Below, in pieces: positions 53,858 to 64,000 of a stretch of 64,000 nt of DNA; within the stretch, counting starts at the first letter, position 1; every line of letters starts with the position of its first letter. Where the stretch lies: positions 311,712 through 375,711 of the forward strand of contig JAKAEA010000001.1 of the NCBI GenBank assembly GCA_021818465.1, in the 5' to 3' direction. The notes under the pieces are model-generated. The model did no database searches. It was not told the origin of the DNA and was given only the letters and a program-made list of their open reading frames with translations. The translations under genes and the position numbers were made by a program. Source of the DNA: a bacterium. GTDB lineage: Bacteria; Patescibacteriota; Minisyncoccia; Phycocordibacterales; JAKAEA01.

Positions 53858-56800
53858 ATGAACCGAATCTACGAAAGCGACATCGAGAAGTGGGCTATCG
53901 AGGCACTGGAACACCAGGGCTACACGTACCTCGCACCCGAGACGCAGGAGGCCGAGCGCGGTGACCTGCACGACGTCGTGCTCGCGGGGCGGTTGCGCGA
54001 GGCCGTGGCACGACTCAACCCTAGAGTGCCCGAAGACGCGCGCGAGGACGCGGTCAAAAAAGTGCTCGCGCTTTCGTCATCGCCGCACTTGATAGAGGCA
54101 AACGAGGAGTTCCAGCGGATGCTCACTGATGGCGTGAGCGTGTCTTCCTACGCTGATGGCGAACAACGTGGCGAGGTCGTCCGCGTCATCGACTTCGCAG
54201 ATCCGCGCAATAACGACCTCGTGGTGGCCAACCAGTTCTCGGTACTCCACGACAACACTAGCAAGCGCCCCGACGTGGTACTCATCGTCAACGGCCTGCC
54301 TCTCGTCGTCATCGAGCTAAAGAACCCGACGGATGAGAACGCGACCGTGCACAAGGCGTACCAGCAGCTCGACAACTACAAGCGAGCCATTCCGCAGCTG
54401 TTCGCCTACAACAGCGTCCTGGTGGCCTCTGACGGCATAGACGCGAAGGCAGGGGCGCTCACGAGCCCGTGGGAGCGCTTCGCTATCTGGCGTGCGCCCG
54501 AGGGTAAGCGCGAGAAGGAAAAGACGACGCCGCAGATGCAGGTGCTCGTCGAGGAGATGCTCCAGCCCGAGGTGCTGCTCGACGTGGTGCGCAGCTTTAC
54601 GGTCTTTGAGAAGACGCGCCGCGAGGATGCGAAAACAGGTCAGACCATCGTGGAAACCATCAAGAAAATCGCGCAGTATCACCAATACTACGTGGTCAAT
54701 AAAGCGGTCGCTTCGACGACTAAGGCCACCGCAGAACATGGCGAGCGCAAAATCGGCGTCGTATGGCATACGCAGGGTTCGGGCAAGTCGCTCTCGATGG
54801 TGTTCTACACGGGCAAGGTCGTGCTCGCGCTCGATAACCCGACGGTGGTGGTGCTCACTGACCGCAACGACCTCGACGACCAGCTCTTCGAGACGTTTGC
54901 TGGTGCTCGCGACCTCTTGCGCCAGGAGCCCGTGCAGGCCGAAAGCCGCGAACACCTGAAGAAGCTTTTGCAGACGGCTGGTGGCGGCATCATCTTCACC
55001 ACCATTCAGAAGTTCTTCCCCGAGGACGGCGGGAGCACGTATGACGAGCTGTCCGACCGCAAGAACATCGTCGTCGTTGCGGACGAGGCGCACCGCAGCC
55101 AGTACGGCTTCGCGGCGCGAACGGTCTTCAAGAACGACGAGGCCATCACGCGCTACGGCAGCGCCAAGTACCTGCGCGACGCACTCCCGAACGCCTCGTT
55201 CATCGGCTTCACGGGTACGCCTATCGAGAAGGAGGACAAGTCCACGCTCGCTGTTTTCGGCGAGTATCTCGACGTGTACGACATCCAGCGTGCGGTCGAA
55301 GACAAAGCAACCGTTCCCATCTACTACGAGAGCCGTTTGGTGAAGGTGCACCTGCCCGACGACAAGAAAGCGGAGATGGACGAAGACGTGGAGGCGGTGG
55401 CCGAGGGCATCGAGTTTTCAGCAAAGGAGAAAGCCAAAGCGAAGTGGGCGCAGCTCGAAGCCATCGTCGGTAATCGCGAGCGAATCAAAGAGGTCGCTCG
55501 CGACCTGGTGGAGCACTTTGAGACGCGGCAAGAGGTCTTCACGGGCAAAGCGATGGTCGTGGCGATGAGCCGTCGTATCGCGGTGGAGCTGTACGAGGAG
55601 ATTGTCGCGCTCCGTCCCGAGTGGCACAGCACCGATTTGGATAAGGGCAAAATCAAGGTGGTGATGTCGGCGAGTTCGAGCGACCCGAAAGAGTTCCAGC
55701 AGCACCACACGAACAAGCCCGACCGCCGCAAGCTCGCGGAGCGTTTCAAAGACCCTACCAACCCGCTCCAGCTCGTCATCGTGCGTGACATGTGGCTCAC
55801 GGGCTTCGACGTGCCGTGCCTGCACACGATGTACGTGGACAAGCTCATGGAGGGCCACAATCTCATGCAAGCCATCGCTCGCGTCAATCGCGTCTATAAA
55901 GACAAGCCAGGCGGTCTCATCGTGGACTACATCGGCTTTGCCTCCGACTTGCAGAAAGCGCTCGCCGTCTACACCGAGAGCGGCGGCAAGGGCGACCCGA
56001 CCATCACGCAGAAGAAAGCCATCGAGGTGATGCAGGAGAAGTACGAGGTGGTGAAGCAGATGTTCCATGGCTTCGACTACCAGCGCTACTTCGCCGCCGA
56101 CACGCACGCGAAGCTCGGCATTATCCTCGAGGCGCAGGAGCACATTCTCGCGCAAGACCAAGACGACGAAGGCGCGTCAGGCAAGGAAAAGAAGAAAACC
56201 AGCGCCAAAGAGCGGTTCGTGCGGGAGGTTATGGCGCTGTCGCAGTCGTTTGCGCTTGCGGTGCCGAGCGAGGCGGCGATGGAGATACGCGACGAGGTTG
56301 CGTTCTTCCAGGCAATCAAGGCACGGCTTGTGAAGTTTGAGCCCGAGGGCGCACCTGGCACCGAGAACATCGGTACCGCTATTCGCCAAATCGTCGATCA
56401 GGCACTCGTGGCCGAGGGTGTCGTGGACATCTTTGCTGCGGCAGGCGTGCAGAAGCCCGACCTCTCCGTTCTCTCGGACGAGTTCCTCGCCGAGGTGCAA
56501 GGCATGAAGCATCGCAACCTGGCGATGGAGTTGCTGCGCAAGATTTTGAACGACGAGATAAAGCTACGCCTGCGCCGCAACGCGCTCCAGGGCAAGAAGC
56601 TCTCGGAGATGCTCGATAAGACCATCAAGAAGTATCAAAACAACCTGCTCACGGCCTCCGAGGTCATCCAAGAGCTCATCGAGCTGGCAAAGCAGATACG
56701 GCAGGAAGACGCCCGCGGCACGCAACTCGGCCTCTCTGACGACGAGGTGGCCTTCTACGATGCGCTGGCCGAAAACGAGAGCGCCCGCGAGGTGCTGGGC

Positions 56801-57064
56801 GATGAACAGCTGCGCGACCTCGCCCGTGTCCTCGTCGACAAGGTGCGCAAGAACACCTCGATTGACTGGACTATCCGTGAGAACGTACAAGCCCGCCTGC
56901 GCGTCTTGGTGAAGCGCACGCTCAACCAGTACGGCTATCCGCCCGATAAGCAGGCCATCGCCACCGAGACCGTGCTGAAGCAGGCTGAACTATTCGCCGA
57001 CGAGTGGGATGATTCTAGTTTGGATACTGTACAAAAAATTACTTCAGAGACTTTAAAGAAATAA
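53858..57064 (+). CDS. hsdR: type I R-M restriction subunit R
   Basis: RPDVV...VIELK nuclease motif, [35 protein letters not shown]. Confidence 0.97.
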   Translation: MNRIYESDIEKWAIEALEHQGYTYLAPETQEAERGDLHDVVLAGRLREAVARLNPRVPEDAREDAVKKVLALSSSPHLIEANEEFQRMLTDGVSVSSYADGEQRGEVVRVIDFADPRNNDLVVANQFSVLHDNTSKRPDVVLIVNGLPLVVIELKNPTDENATVHKAYQQLDNYKRAIPQLFAYNSVLVASDGIDAKAGALTSPWERFAIWRAPEGKREKEKTTPQMQVLVEEMLQPEVLLDVVRSFTVFEKTRREDAKTGQTIVETIKKIAQYHQYYVVNKAVASTTKATAEHGERKIGVVWHTQGSGKSLSMVFYTGKVVLALDNPTVVVLTDRNDLDDQLFETFAGARDLLRQEPVQAESREHLKKLLQTAGGGIIFTTIQKFFPEDGGSTYDELSDRKNIVVVADEAHRSQYGFAARTVFKNDEAITRYGSAKYLRDALPNASFIGFTGTPIEKEDKSTLAVFGEYLDVYDIQRAVEDKATVPIYYESRLVKVHLPDDKKAEMDEDVEAVAEGIEFSAKEKAKAKWAQLEAIVGNRERIKEVARDLVEHFETRQEVFTGKAMVVAMSRRIAVELYEEIVALRPEWHSTDLDKGKIKVVMSASSSDPKEFQQHHTNKPDRRKLAERFKDPTNPLQLVIVRDMWLTGFDVPCLHTMYVDKLMEGHNLMQAIARVNRVYKDKPGGLIVDYIGFASDLQKALAVYTESGGKGDPTITQKKAIEVMQEKYEVVKQMFHGFDYQRYFAADTHAKLGIILEAQEHILAQDQDDEGASGKEKKKTSAKERFVREVMALSQSFALAVPSEAAMEIRDEVAFFQAIKARLVKFEPEGAPGTENIGTAIRQIVDQALVAEGVVDIFAAAGVQKPDLSVLSDEFLAEVQGMKHRNLAMELLRKILNDEIKLRLRRNALQGKKLSEMLDKTIKKYQNNLLTASEVIQELIELAKQIRQEDARGTQLGLSDDEVAFYDALAENESAREVLGDEQLRDLARVLVDKVRKNTSIDWTIRENVQARLRVLVKRTLNQYGYPPDKQAIATETVLKQAELFADEWDDSSLDTVQKITSETLKK

Positions 57065-57183
57065 AAAACTACTTCCTAAGCCCTATATTTTCTTTAGAAA
57101 ATCTTCATAAAAAGTTTATATTAAATAATTCTTGCACCCAAGATCCTCCCATAATCTAATACGATTATGGCGGTCGAAATCAG

Positions 57184-57291
57184 TACTCGAATTGCGGTAA
57201 AAAGCTAATGATGTTGCCGTTGAGTTATTCTTTATATGATGTGCAGTGCACGAGTTGTTCTTTCCACGCTCAAATTAAGACAAATTCAAGT
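57184..57291 (+). pseudogene. remnant of a Zn-binding (DpnI-like) nuclease gene
   Basis: YSNCGKKLMMLPLSYSLYDVQCTSCSFHAQIKT resembles CP.CG..L...P.....D..C..C....Q.K; no proper start, continuation degenerates. Confidence 0.4.
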
Positions 57292-57338
57292 TTTTACTTT
57301 GTTAAAAAGATAATCGCGGATTTTGCTATACTACCCCC

Positions 57339-57497
57339 ATGGGCTGGTTCATATTCATCGCCTTCATTTGTTTTCTCATTGTGCTGGGAGTGGTGCTGGG
57401 TAAAGACCCTATAAAGTTCACGATTGGGACGCTCGTGGTTCTTATGGCGTTGGCCTTTGTGGTTATAGCGTTTTACGTGCTTAAATCTGTGTTATGA
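57339..57497 (+). CDS. 52-aa two-TM small membrane protein
   Basis: Manual translation MGWFIFIAFICFLIVLGVVLGKDPIKFTIGTLVVLMALAFVVIAFYVLKSVL; TGCTATACT 6 nt before the ATG. Confidence 0.6.
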   Translation: MGWFIFIAFICFLIVLGVVLGKDPIKFTIGTLVVLMALAFVVIAFYVLKSVL

Positions 57498-57508
57498 TTA
57501 TAAATATC

Positions 57509-58033
57509 ATGTTCATCTGGATTATTGTCGCAATTTTGCTCTTTGTGCTGGTTGTTGTAATGGCGACCAACGTGGTGGCGGGAGGCCGTAGGCGGAGGGG
57601 TGGCTATACCTACAAAAAAGCTGATTGTGTTATGACGCAATCAGAAAAAATATGTTTTGAAGCGTTACAGAAAGCGGCGGGGAATACGTATTATATTTTC
57701 CCCCAGATGCACTTATCGGCCATTTTAAATCACAAAATCAACAGGCAGAGTTGGTATGGAGCCTTTCGGCATATTAATGGGAAATCGGTTGACTTTGTTT
57801 TGTGCGATAAGGTGATGCTCAAGCCGATGTTAGTTGTTGAACTGGATGACAGAACGCACGAGCGGCGTGATAGGCATATACGAGACAGAGAAGTAGAACG
57901 GATACTTAAAGAGGCTGATGTGCCGCTACTGCGGCTTTCGACCGTGTCGCCGCAAGACCCACTGGCTGTGGCGATTAATGGGGCAATAACGAGAACGTCA
58001 ATTGACCACGTGATGGGTTCTCAGGGGGTTTGA
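57509..58033 (+). CDS. DUF2726 domain membrane-anchored protein
   Basis: TM, MT.SE, IFPQ..L, K.VDFVLCD, VVELDD..H, RD......L..A..PLLR. Confidence 0.85.
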   Translation: MFIWIIVAILLFVLVVVMATNVVAGGRRRRGGYTYKKADCVMTQSEKICFEALQKAAGNTYYIFPQMHLSAILNHKINRQSWYGAFRHINGKSVDFVLCDKVMLKPMLVVELDDRTHERRDRHIRDREVERILKEADVPLLRLSTVSPQDPLAVAINGAITRTSIDHVMGSQGV

Positions 58034-58078
58034 AAGAATTTCACAAATACTTTATCTCCGGGTGGTATACTCCGCTCA

Positions 58079-58783
58079 ATGGATGCGGAATCGTTAAAAT
58101 TGGAACAACAGGCATACGATTTTATTGCTCATAGTGGGAGTGAGCTTGTTAAGCGTTTCGCCGACCCAACAATATATAAGCCAGTAGAGCGACCAGTCTC
58201 GCTTTTTATGGCCGGCTCGTCGGGGGCAGGAAAGACGGAAGTCTCTATAGGTTTAGTTAAACGTTTTACCACGAGGCCGATCCGGATTGATGCTGACGAA
58301 ATTCGGCAACTGTGTCCGGGGTATACTGGTGGCAATGCTCATGTATTTCAGAAGGCAGCTACCAAGGGCGTAAACATGCTTTTTGACTATGCACTTCATA
58401 AAAATATCCACGCCATCCTTGACGGCACGTTCGCGTATGCTGACGCGCCAAAGAATATTGAACGTTCATTGAAACATAACAGGATTGTCGAATTGTGGTT
58501 TGTGTATCAAGACCCTTTAGTGGCATGGGAGTTTACCAAAGTAAGAGAAATAAAAGAATGTCGTCATGTAGATAAGGATATCTTCATTAGAGGTTTCTTC
58601 AACGCAAAAGCCAATGCAATAAATGTTAAAACAGCTTTTGGAAGCAACCTTACGCTTAATTTACTCGTAAAGAACATCGACAATACTGACGGTGAGTTGT
58701 TTTTGAACATTCAAGCAAACGACCTTGACCATCGAATTGGGCAGGTATACACTGAGGGTGAATTGCGAGGACTATTACTATGA
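58079..58783 (+). CDS. zeta-toxin-like P-loop kinase
   Basis: FMAGSSGAGKTE, IDADEIR...P.Y, ILDGT, VYQDP..AW.F...RE. Confidence 0.85.
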   Translation: MDAESLKLEQQAYDFIAHSGSELVKRFADPTIYKPVERPVSLFMAGSSGAGKTEVSIGLVKRFTTRPIRIDADEIRQLCPGYTGGNAHVFQKAATKGVNMLFDYALHKNIHAILDGTFAYADAPKNIERSLKHNRIVELWFVYQDPLVAWEFTKVREIKECRHVDKDIFIRGFFNAKANAINVKTAFGSNLTLNLLVKNIDNTDGELFLNIQANDLDHRIGQVYTEGELRGLLL

Positions 58784-58977
58784 TGAAATTTTTTAAGAAT
58801 ATAACCGGCAGATTGACCGGAAAAAAAGCTGTCGCGACGGAAAAAGACGACTTTGCCGATTTCTTTTTAAATGCTAAATCGGCGGAAAAAACGAAGATAC
58901 TCCGACAAGTGATGAGGGAAGCAATAGCGGAACAAAAAGCGGTTATGGAAAAATATAATAATAGGGCGAAAGTTTGA
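58780..58977 (+). CDS. small helical partner protein (putative antitoxin)
   Basis: ATGA overlap with the kinase gene; FADFF.NA.SAEK......V...A...Q. Confidence 0.65.
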   Translation: MMKFFKNITGRLTGKKAVATEKDDFADFFLNAKSAEKTKILRQVMREAIAEQKAVMEKYNNRAKV

Positions 58978-59046
58978 TATTATTGAATTCCGTAACATTT
59001 TAAATTAGTAGTTGTTATTCTAGGTTGTTAGTACATATATACCCCC

Positions 59047-59253
59047 ATGCAAAACGAATATGATGCGGACGAGCTGCGCGACATCGCCGACATTATGGAT
59101 GAGGTGGGGGTGGACGCGGATCGGGCGGAGGAAATCAAGGAATTGAAGGAGAGTCACAATCTCGATACCGAGCAGGCGGCCCGGGCTAAGGAGCTCATGG
59201 ACGATGATGGATTAGACGAGGACACGGCGGCGGCGCTTTGTGATTTTCTATAA
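59047..59253 (+). CDS. acidic 17-aa-repeat protein A (three repeats)
   Basis: 24 of 68 residues are D/E; IMDEVGVDADRAEEIKE/LKESHNLDTEQAARAKE/LMDDDGLDEDTAAALCD. Confidence 0.8.
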   Translation: MQNEYDADELRDIADIMDEVGVDADRAEEIKELKESHNLDTEQAARAKELMDDDGLDEDTAAALCDFL

Positions 59254-59298
59254 CCTGCGATCGCTTCGGTAGGAGAGTGATATACTAAATACTTTAAA

Positions 59299-59781
59299 AT
59301 GAATAAACGATCTCTTTTTGCTCTCGTTATTTTTATTCTTAGCACCGAGGCGGTGGGGATGCTGGGTGCCTTGGCGACGACGCCGAATATTGCCACTTGG
59401 TATGCGGGATTGGTAAAGCCGATGTTGACGCCTCCAGGCTGGGTTTTCGGGCCGGTGTGGGTGACGCTCTATCTGCTCATGGGCATTGCGATGTTTTTGG
59501 TGTGGCGAAGGAGGGGTATTGGTTCTCGGCGCGATTGGTGGTTGGCACGGATTTTTTATTCGGTTCAGCTAATGCTCAATTTGCTGTGGTCCATTGTCTT
59601 TTTTGGTTTGCACAATAGTAGCGGAGGCTTGGGGGTGATTGCGACGCTGTGGATGCTGATTCTTTTGACGATCATCTTTTTCGGGCGAGTTTCCAGGGCA
59701 GCGGCTTGGCTTTTGGTGCCATATATTGTTTGGGTGAGTTTCGCAATGTATTTGAATCTGGGAATTTGGTTATGTAATTAA
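59299..59781 (+). CDS. tspO: TspO/MBR tryptophan-rich sensory protein
   Basis: WY..L.KP...PPGWVFGPVW..LY.LMG, LN.LWS..FFG, LLVPY..WVSFA..LN. Confidence 0.95.
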   Translation: MNKRSLFALVIFILSTEAVGMLGALATTPNIATWYAGLVKPMLTPPGWVFGPVWVTLYLLMGIAMFLVWRRRGIGSRRDWWLARIFYSVQLMLNLLWSIVFFGLHNSSGGLGVIATLWMLILLTIIFFGRVSRAAAWLLVPYIVWVSFAMYLNLGIWLCN

Positions 59782-59786
59782 GGCCG

Positions 59787-60194
59787 GTGTTTATTTTTCA
59801 TCATCTTCGTTTGAGGCTTCGACGGCGCGCGATACGGCGGCCGAATGCTCGCGCTCGGGCTCATTTCTTGGCGCATAAGGAGCGGGCGCGGGAATTAGTA
59901 GCTCGGAAGATCCCCGAGCTTAATGCGCTGCCGGGCTATGGCTTTGCGGTCGGCCGCGTAGCGATACGAAATCAAAAAAGTCGCTGGGGAAGTTGCTCGG
60001 CCAGGGGGAATTTAAATTTTAATTATCGGGTGGCTTTCTTGCCGGAGCGGCTGGTGGATTACGTGGTGGTGCACGAGCTGTGCCATTTGCGGGAGCTTAA
60101 CCATTCAGCGGCGTTTTGGGCGCTGGTGGCGCAGGCGGTGCCGGATTGGCGGGTGAAGCGGCGGGAGTTGCGGATGATTGAGCGCTCTTTTTAG
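59787..60194 (+). CDS. YgjP/DUF45-like metallohydrolase
   Basis: KSRWGSCS, DYVVVHELCHL...NHS..FW..V. Confidence 0.9.
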   Translation: MFIFHHLRLRLRRRAIRRPNARARAHFLAHKERARELVARKIPELNALPGYGFAVGRVAIRNQKSRWGSCSARGNLNFNYRVAFLPERLVDYVVVHELCHLRELNHSAAFWALVAQAVPDWRVKRRELRMIERSF

Positions 60195-60281
60195 TGCTTT
60201 TTGTTGTGTAGTAAAATCTTTTTCAAGAGTAATCCACAGCAACTCTGGCACGGCGATATATATTTGTTAGACTAGCGGCAT

Positions 60282-60632
60282 ATGAAAAATAATTTTAGAC
60301 AAAATAACGACGAGGAGTTTGCAGATGAAGAAGAAAACGAAAAGATCGGCACCGATGCTTCCGATGAGGCTGACGCGGACGATGCGGATGACGATGCGGA
60401 TGATGAAACTGATGCAGATGACGAGGATGGTGCAGATGACGAAGATTCCGCTGAAGATGATATGAGTGACGACGCTGCGGATGATGCTGAAGAAACCGAT
60501 GAAGAACTGGCCGAGCTCATGGAATCCTATGACTTGAGCGAAGAGGATGCCCAACGGGTAAAAAAACTGATTGATGAAGATGGTCTTGATGAGCGCGACG
60601 CGGTTGACATGATCGAAGAAAACTTGGATTAA
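60282..60632 (+). CDS. acidic 17-aa-repeat protein B with poly-D/E N-terminal tract
   Basis: About half D/E; C-terminal LMESYDLSEEDAQRVKK/LIDEDGLDERDAVDMIE. Confidence 0.8.
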   Translation: MKNNFRQNNDEEFADEEENEKIGTDASDEADADDADDDADDETDADDEDGADDEDSAEDDMSDDAADDAEETDEELAELMESYDLSEEDAQRVKKLIDEDGLDERDAVDMIEENLD

Positions 60633-60676
60633 AATTTTTCCTGTAAGTATTTGCACAGCGCGCCGTCATTGCCGCG

Positions 60677-60949
60677 GTGATAACCCATGATTTTAAAAAA
60701 GAAGATGCGCCGGTGTTGGCGGAACATATTCCTGATTACGACATTGATGCAGATGATGAAAGCCAGCAGCCCGCCGTGCGCGTAGAAGAAGATTTAAGCG
60801 CGGGTATTAGTGATCCCATTATTTTTGAACTGATGGATGCCTACGGCTTAGATGACGAGCAGGCCTTTGATGTGCGGACGATGATTGTCCGTTGGGGAAT
60901 TGATGAAGAAGAGGCGGTGGAACGGGTGCGCAACGCTTCACGTTTGTAA
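60677..60949 (+). CDS. acidic 17-aa-repeat protein C
   Basis: GTG start; LMDAYGLDDEQAFDVRT/MIVRWGIDEEEAVERVR. Confidence 0.7.
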   Translation: MITHDFKKEDAPVLAEHIPDYDIDADDESQQPAVRVEEDLSAGISDPIIFELMDAYGLDDEQAFDVRTMIVRWGIDEEEAVERVRNASRL

Positions 60950-60968
60950 GCGATCGTTTACTTCATTT

Positions 60969-61685
60969 TTATTTCCAGATGATTTCAGCGGGGCCGGTGG
61001 CGCCGTTTTGTAGTGCTTCCAAAATTTTTTCGGCGACGAGTTCGGCGGAATCGGGGGTGGGCATAGTGACGCGATTACGTGGCACCATGTGCTCCATGCC
61101 GCTCGCACGGCGTGAGTTTTTGCCAAAATCAGTGGCGGTCATGCCAGGGTGGACAAGTGTGACGACGATGTTATCGGGAGCTAGTTCGGCACGCGCCGTG
61201 AGGGAAAGAGCGTTTAAAGCATACTTAGTAGAGGCATAACCGCCGAGGTTAGGAATGGCATTTTTAGAAACCATAGAGCTGATATTGATAATGCTGCCAC
61301 CACCTTGCGCACGCATTATAGGAATAACGCTTTGCATAGCAACCAGTGGTCCAACGACGTTCAAGTGCCATACGGCGGCGTAATCGTTGAGATCGATACG
61401 TTCGAGAGGTCCGTAGAGACCTTGGCCGGCATTATTGATGAGCGTATCGATGCGACCAAAATGCTTTTGCACGGTGGCAATCATGTGTTGAATATCGGTG
61501 GGCTTACTCATATCAGCGACCACGGCGAGCGAGCTGGGTAGCTCCTTTTCTAAGGCTGCGAGTTTGGCCGGCGAGCGAGCCACGAGAGCAACGCGAGCGC
61601 CCTTTTGACTAAGGAGGCGCGCAGTGGCTTCGCCGATACCAGCGGATGCGCCCGTGACGATGATTGTGGTGTTTGTTATGTTCAT
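60969..61685 (-). CDS. short-chain dehydrogenase/reductase
   Basis: TGASAGIG, NNAG, NISS, YASTK. Confidence 0.95.
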   Translation of the reverse strand: MNITNTTIIVTGASAGIGEATARLLSQKGARVALVARSPAKLAALEKELPSSLAVVADMSKPTDIQHMIATVQKHFGRIDTLINNAGQGLYGPLERIDLNDYAAVWHLNVVGPLVAMQSVIPIMRAQGGGSIINISSMVSKNAIPNLGGYASTKYALNALSLTARAELAPDNIVVTLVHPGMTATDFGKNSRRASGMEHMVPRNRVTMPTPDSAELVAEKILEALQNGATGPAEIIWK

Positions 61686-61726
61686 GCTCTGTAGTATACA
61701 GTTTTTTGCATTGTGGGTGAATGGTA

Positions 61727-62713
61727 TCAGGCCAGATACACCAGACCACCAGAAATTTTTATAGTATCAGATACTTCGAGGAGTGTTATAGCTATATTAC
61801 CGCGGCTGGTAGACAGGGCGGCGTACTCAATGAGTTCATCTGTACGTATAGGGCCTCGTTCTATGAGTACGGCAAGAATGGCACGTTCGTCGGGTGTGGC
61901 GGTAGGAAATCGGCCGGCGAGCGCAATTGAATCTTTGACGGCAAACAGTTCTAAGGTTTTTGTACTGTTCTTTTTGGTGTTGGTGTGTGGATGAGGCGGT
62001 GGTTGGGGTGGTGGCGCTAGGTCAAGCGCGTCAATAATATCAGCGGCACTGGTGACTAATCGTGCCCCTTGCGCAAGAAGGTAATGTGGTCCAGCAGTAT
62101 GTTGCGAAAAAATTGAGCCAGGTACAGTCAGTACATCACGATTGTAATCAGTGGCAAGACGAGCGGTAATCATCGTACCGCTTTTTTGCTCGGCTTCAAT
62201 AATGAGCACTGCATGACTCATGCCGGCCATTAACCGGTTGCGTTGCGGGAATGATTCGGGTCGAGCGCGCTGGTCGGGCAAAAATTCAGAAAGGAGCGCT
62301 CCGCCGGCCGCTATAATTTTCTGTGCTAATTTTTGGTTGGCGCGCGGATAGAGTACCTGATCGTCTAAACCAGAACCGGGCCAGGCTATTGTTACTAAGC
62401 CGCTATCTACAGCACTTTGATGAGCGAGGGCGTCTATACCCAGCGCGAGGCCGGAAACGATGACAATACGGCTAGAGCCATCGCTGCGGCGTCGTTGGGT
62501 CTGACGGGCTAATCCGCCAATAAGCTTTTGGCACACGTCGTGACCATAGTGACTGTAGCTACGTGAGCCAACGACACATAAAAGTTTGGCATCGGAGCGC
62601 GGGAGCGTGCCGCGCACAAAAAGTCGCGTGGGCGGATCATCTATTTCTCGCAGAAGTGCCGGAAATTGTTCTGGAGTGATTTCGTATATTTCTTGTCGCA
62701 TACTGTAATACAT
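61727..62713 (-). CDS. dprA: DNA-processing protein DprA
   Basis: L.EI.DPP, VVGSR, VSGLALGID, FPQRNR, EA..KSG..ITA, VPG.I. Confidence 0.95.
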   Translation of the reverse strand: MYYSMRQEIYEITPEQFPALLREIDDPPTRLFVRGTLPRSDAKLLCVVGSRSYSHYGHDVCQKLIGGLARQTQRRRSDGSSRIVIVSGLALGIDALAHQSAVDSGLVTIAWPGSGLDDQVLYPRANQKLAQKIIAAGGALLSEFLPDQRARPESFPQRNRLMAGMSHAVLIIEAEQKSGTMITARLATDYNRDVLTVPGSIFSQHTAGPHYLLAQGARLVTSAADIIDALDLAPPPQPPPHPHTNTKKNSTKTLELFAVKDSIALAGRFPTATPDERAILAVLIERGPIRTDELIEYAALSTSRGNIAITLLEVSDTIKISGGLVYLA

Positions 62714-62791
62714 ATCGCACTAACGCTCAAAAAAATCTGAAGCATTGTCCCCGTTTTGTGGTATACTTTTCTTACTATATACATACCCACT

Positions 62792-64000
62792 ATGCTGGAC
62801 ATAAAATTCATTCGAGAAAATAAAGAGCTCATCGCTATGGCGGCCCAAAAGAAGCACATTGATTTTGATGTGGACAAACTTATCGCCGTCGACGATATGC
62901 GGCGAAAAATCATGGCTGAGGTGGAGAAAAAACGAGCTGAGCAAAATGCTGCGTCCGATGCTATTGCTCGAGCACAATCACCAGAGGAGCGAACACGACG
63001 CATTGCTGATATGCAAGAGCTCAAGAAACAGTTGCAGAAACAAGAGGAGGAGCTCAAACCTATTATAAAAGAGTGGCAACAGCGTATGGTGCAGGTACCT
63101 AACATCCCTGACATTTCCGTGCCAGAAGGTGAGAGCGATCGTGATAATAAAGAAGTTAAAACCTGGGGTGATAAACCACATTTTTCTTTTACGCCCAAAT
63201 CACACCTAGAGCTTATGACTGCACTCAATATTGTTGATTTTGAGCGTGGCACCAAAATTGCCGGCTTTCGAGGTTATGTTCTTAAAAATGACGGCGCATT
63301 GCTCTCGTTTGCTATTTGGCAGGCAGCGATGGATCATTTTCTGGCTAATAACGACGGTGGGGAATTTGTGCCAATGATTGTGCCATCGCTGGTGAAGCGC
63401 GAAAATTTTATTGGCACTGGCTACTTGCCGCAAAGTGAAGAAGATTTATATGTCACGCAAGACGGCGACTTTTTGGCGGGCACGGCCGAAGTAGCGACGA
63501 TGGGGTATCATGCGGACGAAATTTTAGAAGCAGCAGCACTGCCGAAAAAATTTCTCTCATTTTCGCCGTGTTTCCGCCGCGAAGCTGGCAGCCACAGTAA
63601 AGATGTTAAAGGTCTCATTCGTGTGCATGAATTTTTTAAACTGGAGCAAGTCGTATTGTGTGCAGCAAGTCATGAAGAGTCGGTACAGTGGCACGAAGCA
63701 CTGAATCGTACCACCGAGACATTTATTGAAAAGCTTGGTATCCCGTATCGCACCGTTGTCAATTGTGGCGGTGACCTTGGTCTTGGTCAGGTAAAAAAGT
63801 ATGACATTGAATTGTGGGTGCCGGGTGAAAAAACCTACCGAGAAATCAGCTCAGCGTCGTACTTTCATGACTTTCAAGCACGTCGTCTAAATATTCGCTA
63901 CCGTGACGCTGAAGGCAAACTTCGCTATGTGCACTCGCTCAATAGCACAGCGATTCCTACGCCACGCATTCTCGTGTCACTTGTGGAAAATTTTCAGCAA
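62792..64000 (+). CDS. serS: serine--tRNA ligase, runs off window edge
   Basis: Manual translation MLDIKFIREN..., VPNIP...VP.G, GTGYLP, GTAEV, CFRREAGS, RVHEF.KLEQ, KKYDIE.W, H.LNST. Confidence 0.97.
   Translation, partial: MLDIKFIRENKELIAMAAQKKHIDFDVDKLIAVDDMRRKIMAEVEKKRAEQNAASDAIARAQSPEERTRRIADMQELKKQLQKQEEELKPIIKEWQQRMVQVPNIPDISVPEGESDRDNKEVKTWGDKPHFSFTPKSHLELMTALNIVDFERGTKIAGFRGYVLKNDGALLSFAIWQAAMDHFLANNDGGEFVPMIVPSLVKRENFIGTGYLPQSEEDLYVTQDGDFLAGTAEVATMGYHADEILEAAALPKKFLSFSPCFRREAGSHSKDVKGLIRVHEFFKLEQVVLCAASHEESVQWHEALNRTTETFIEKLGIPYRTVVNCGGDLGLGQVKKYDIELWVPGEKTYREISSASYFHDFQARRLNIRYRDAEGKLRYVHSLNSTAIPTPRILVSLVENFQQ

Overview
The window looks like chromosomal DNA from a Patescibacteria (CPR) bacterium, probably Parcubacteria. 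This is inferred from the short IF-2, short SMC, NusB-NUDIX fusion, sortase plus VPYTG substrate, and apparently leaderless core genes; the standard code is used. The backbone is housekeeping genes (rbfA, infB, iscS, clpB, rpmG, rarA, a single-chain organelle-type PheRS, gyrB, thrS, dnaE, rnhB, rpmF, nusB, rnc, smc, rnr, rpsP, khpA, trmD, miaA, parB, topA, dprA, serS) and five tRNAs. There are two accessory regions. (1) An AT-rich island downstream of tRNA-Trp (about 10.8-15.5 kb) is divided by three copies of a hairpin-containing repeat that resembles a tRNA-Trp 3' end. It carries Zn-ribbon and HEPN-like genes and an apparently standalone structured RNA of about 186 nt. (2) A block of about 16 kb lies between dprA and topA. 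It holds an ECF sigma/anti-sigma/secreted-target module with twin promoters and a shared HGHAYGL peptide, a DUF3800 gene with a convergent small RNA, a type I R-M operon with two inserted genes, a zeta-like kinase pair, and three very acidic paralogues built on a 17-aa repeat. All family calls come from motif recognition by eye; no database search was run.
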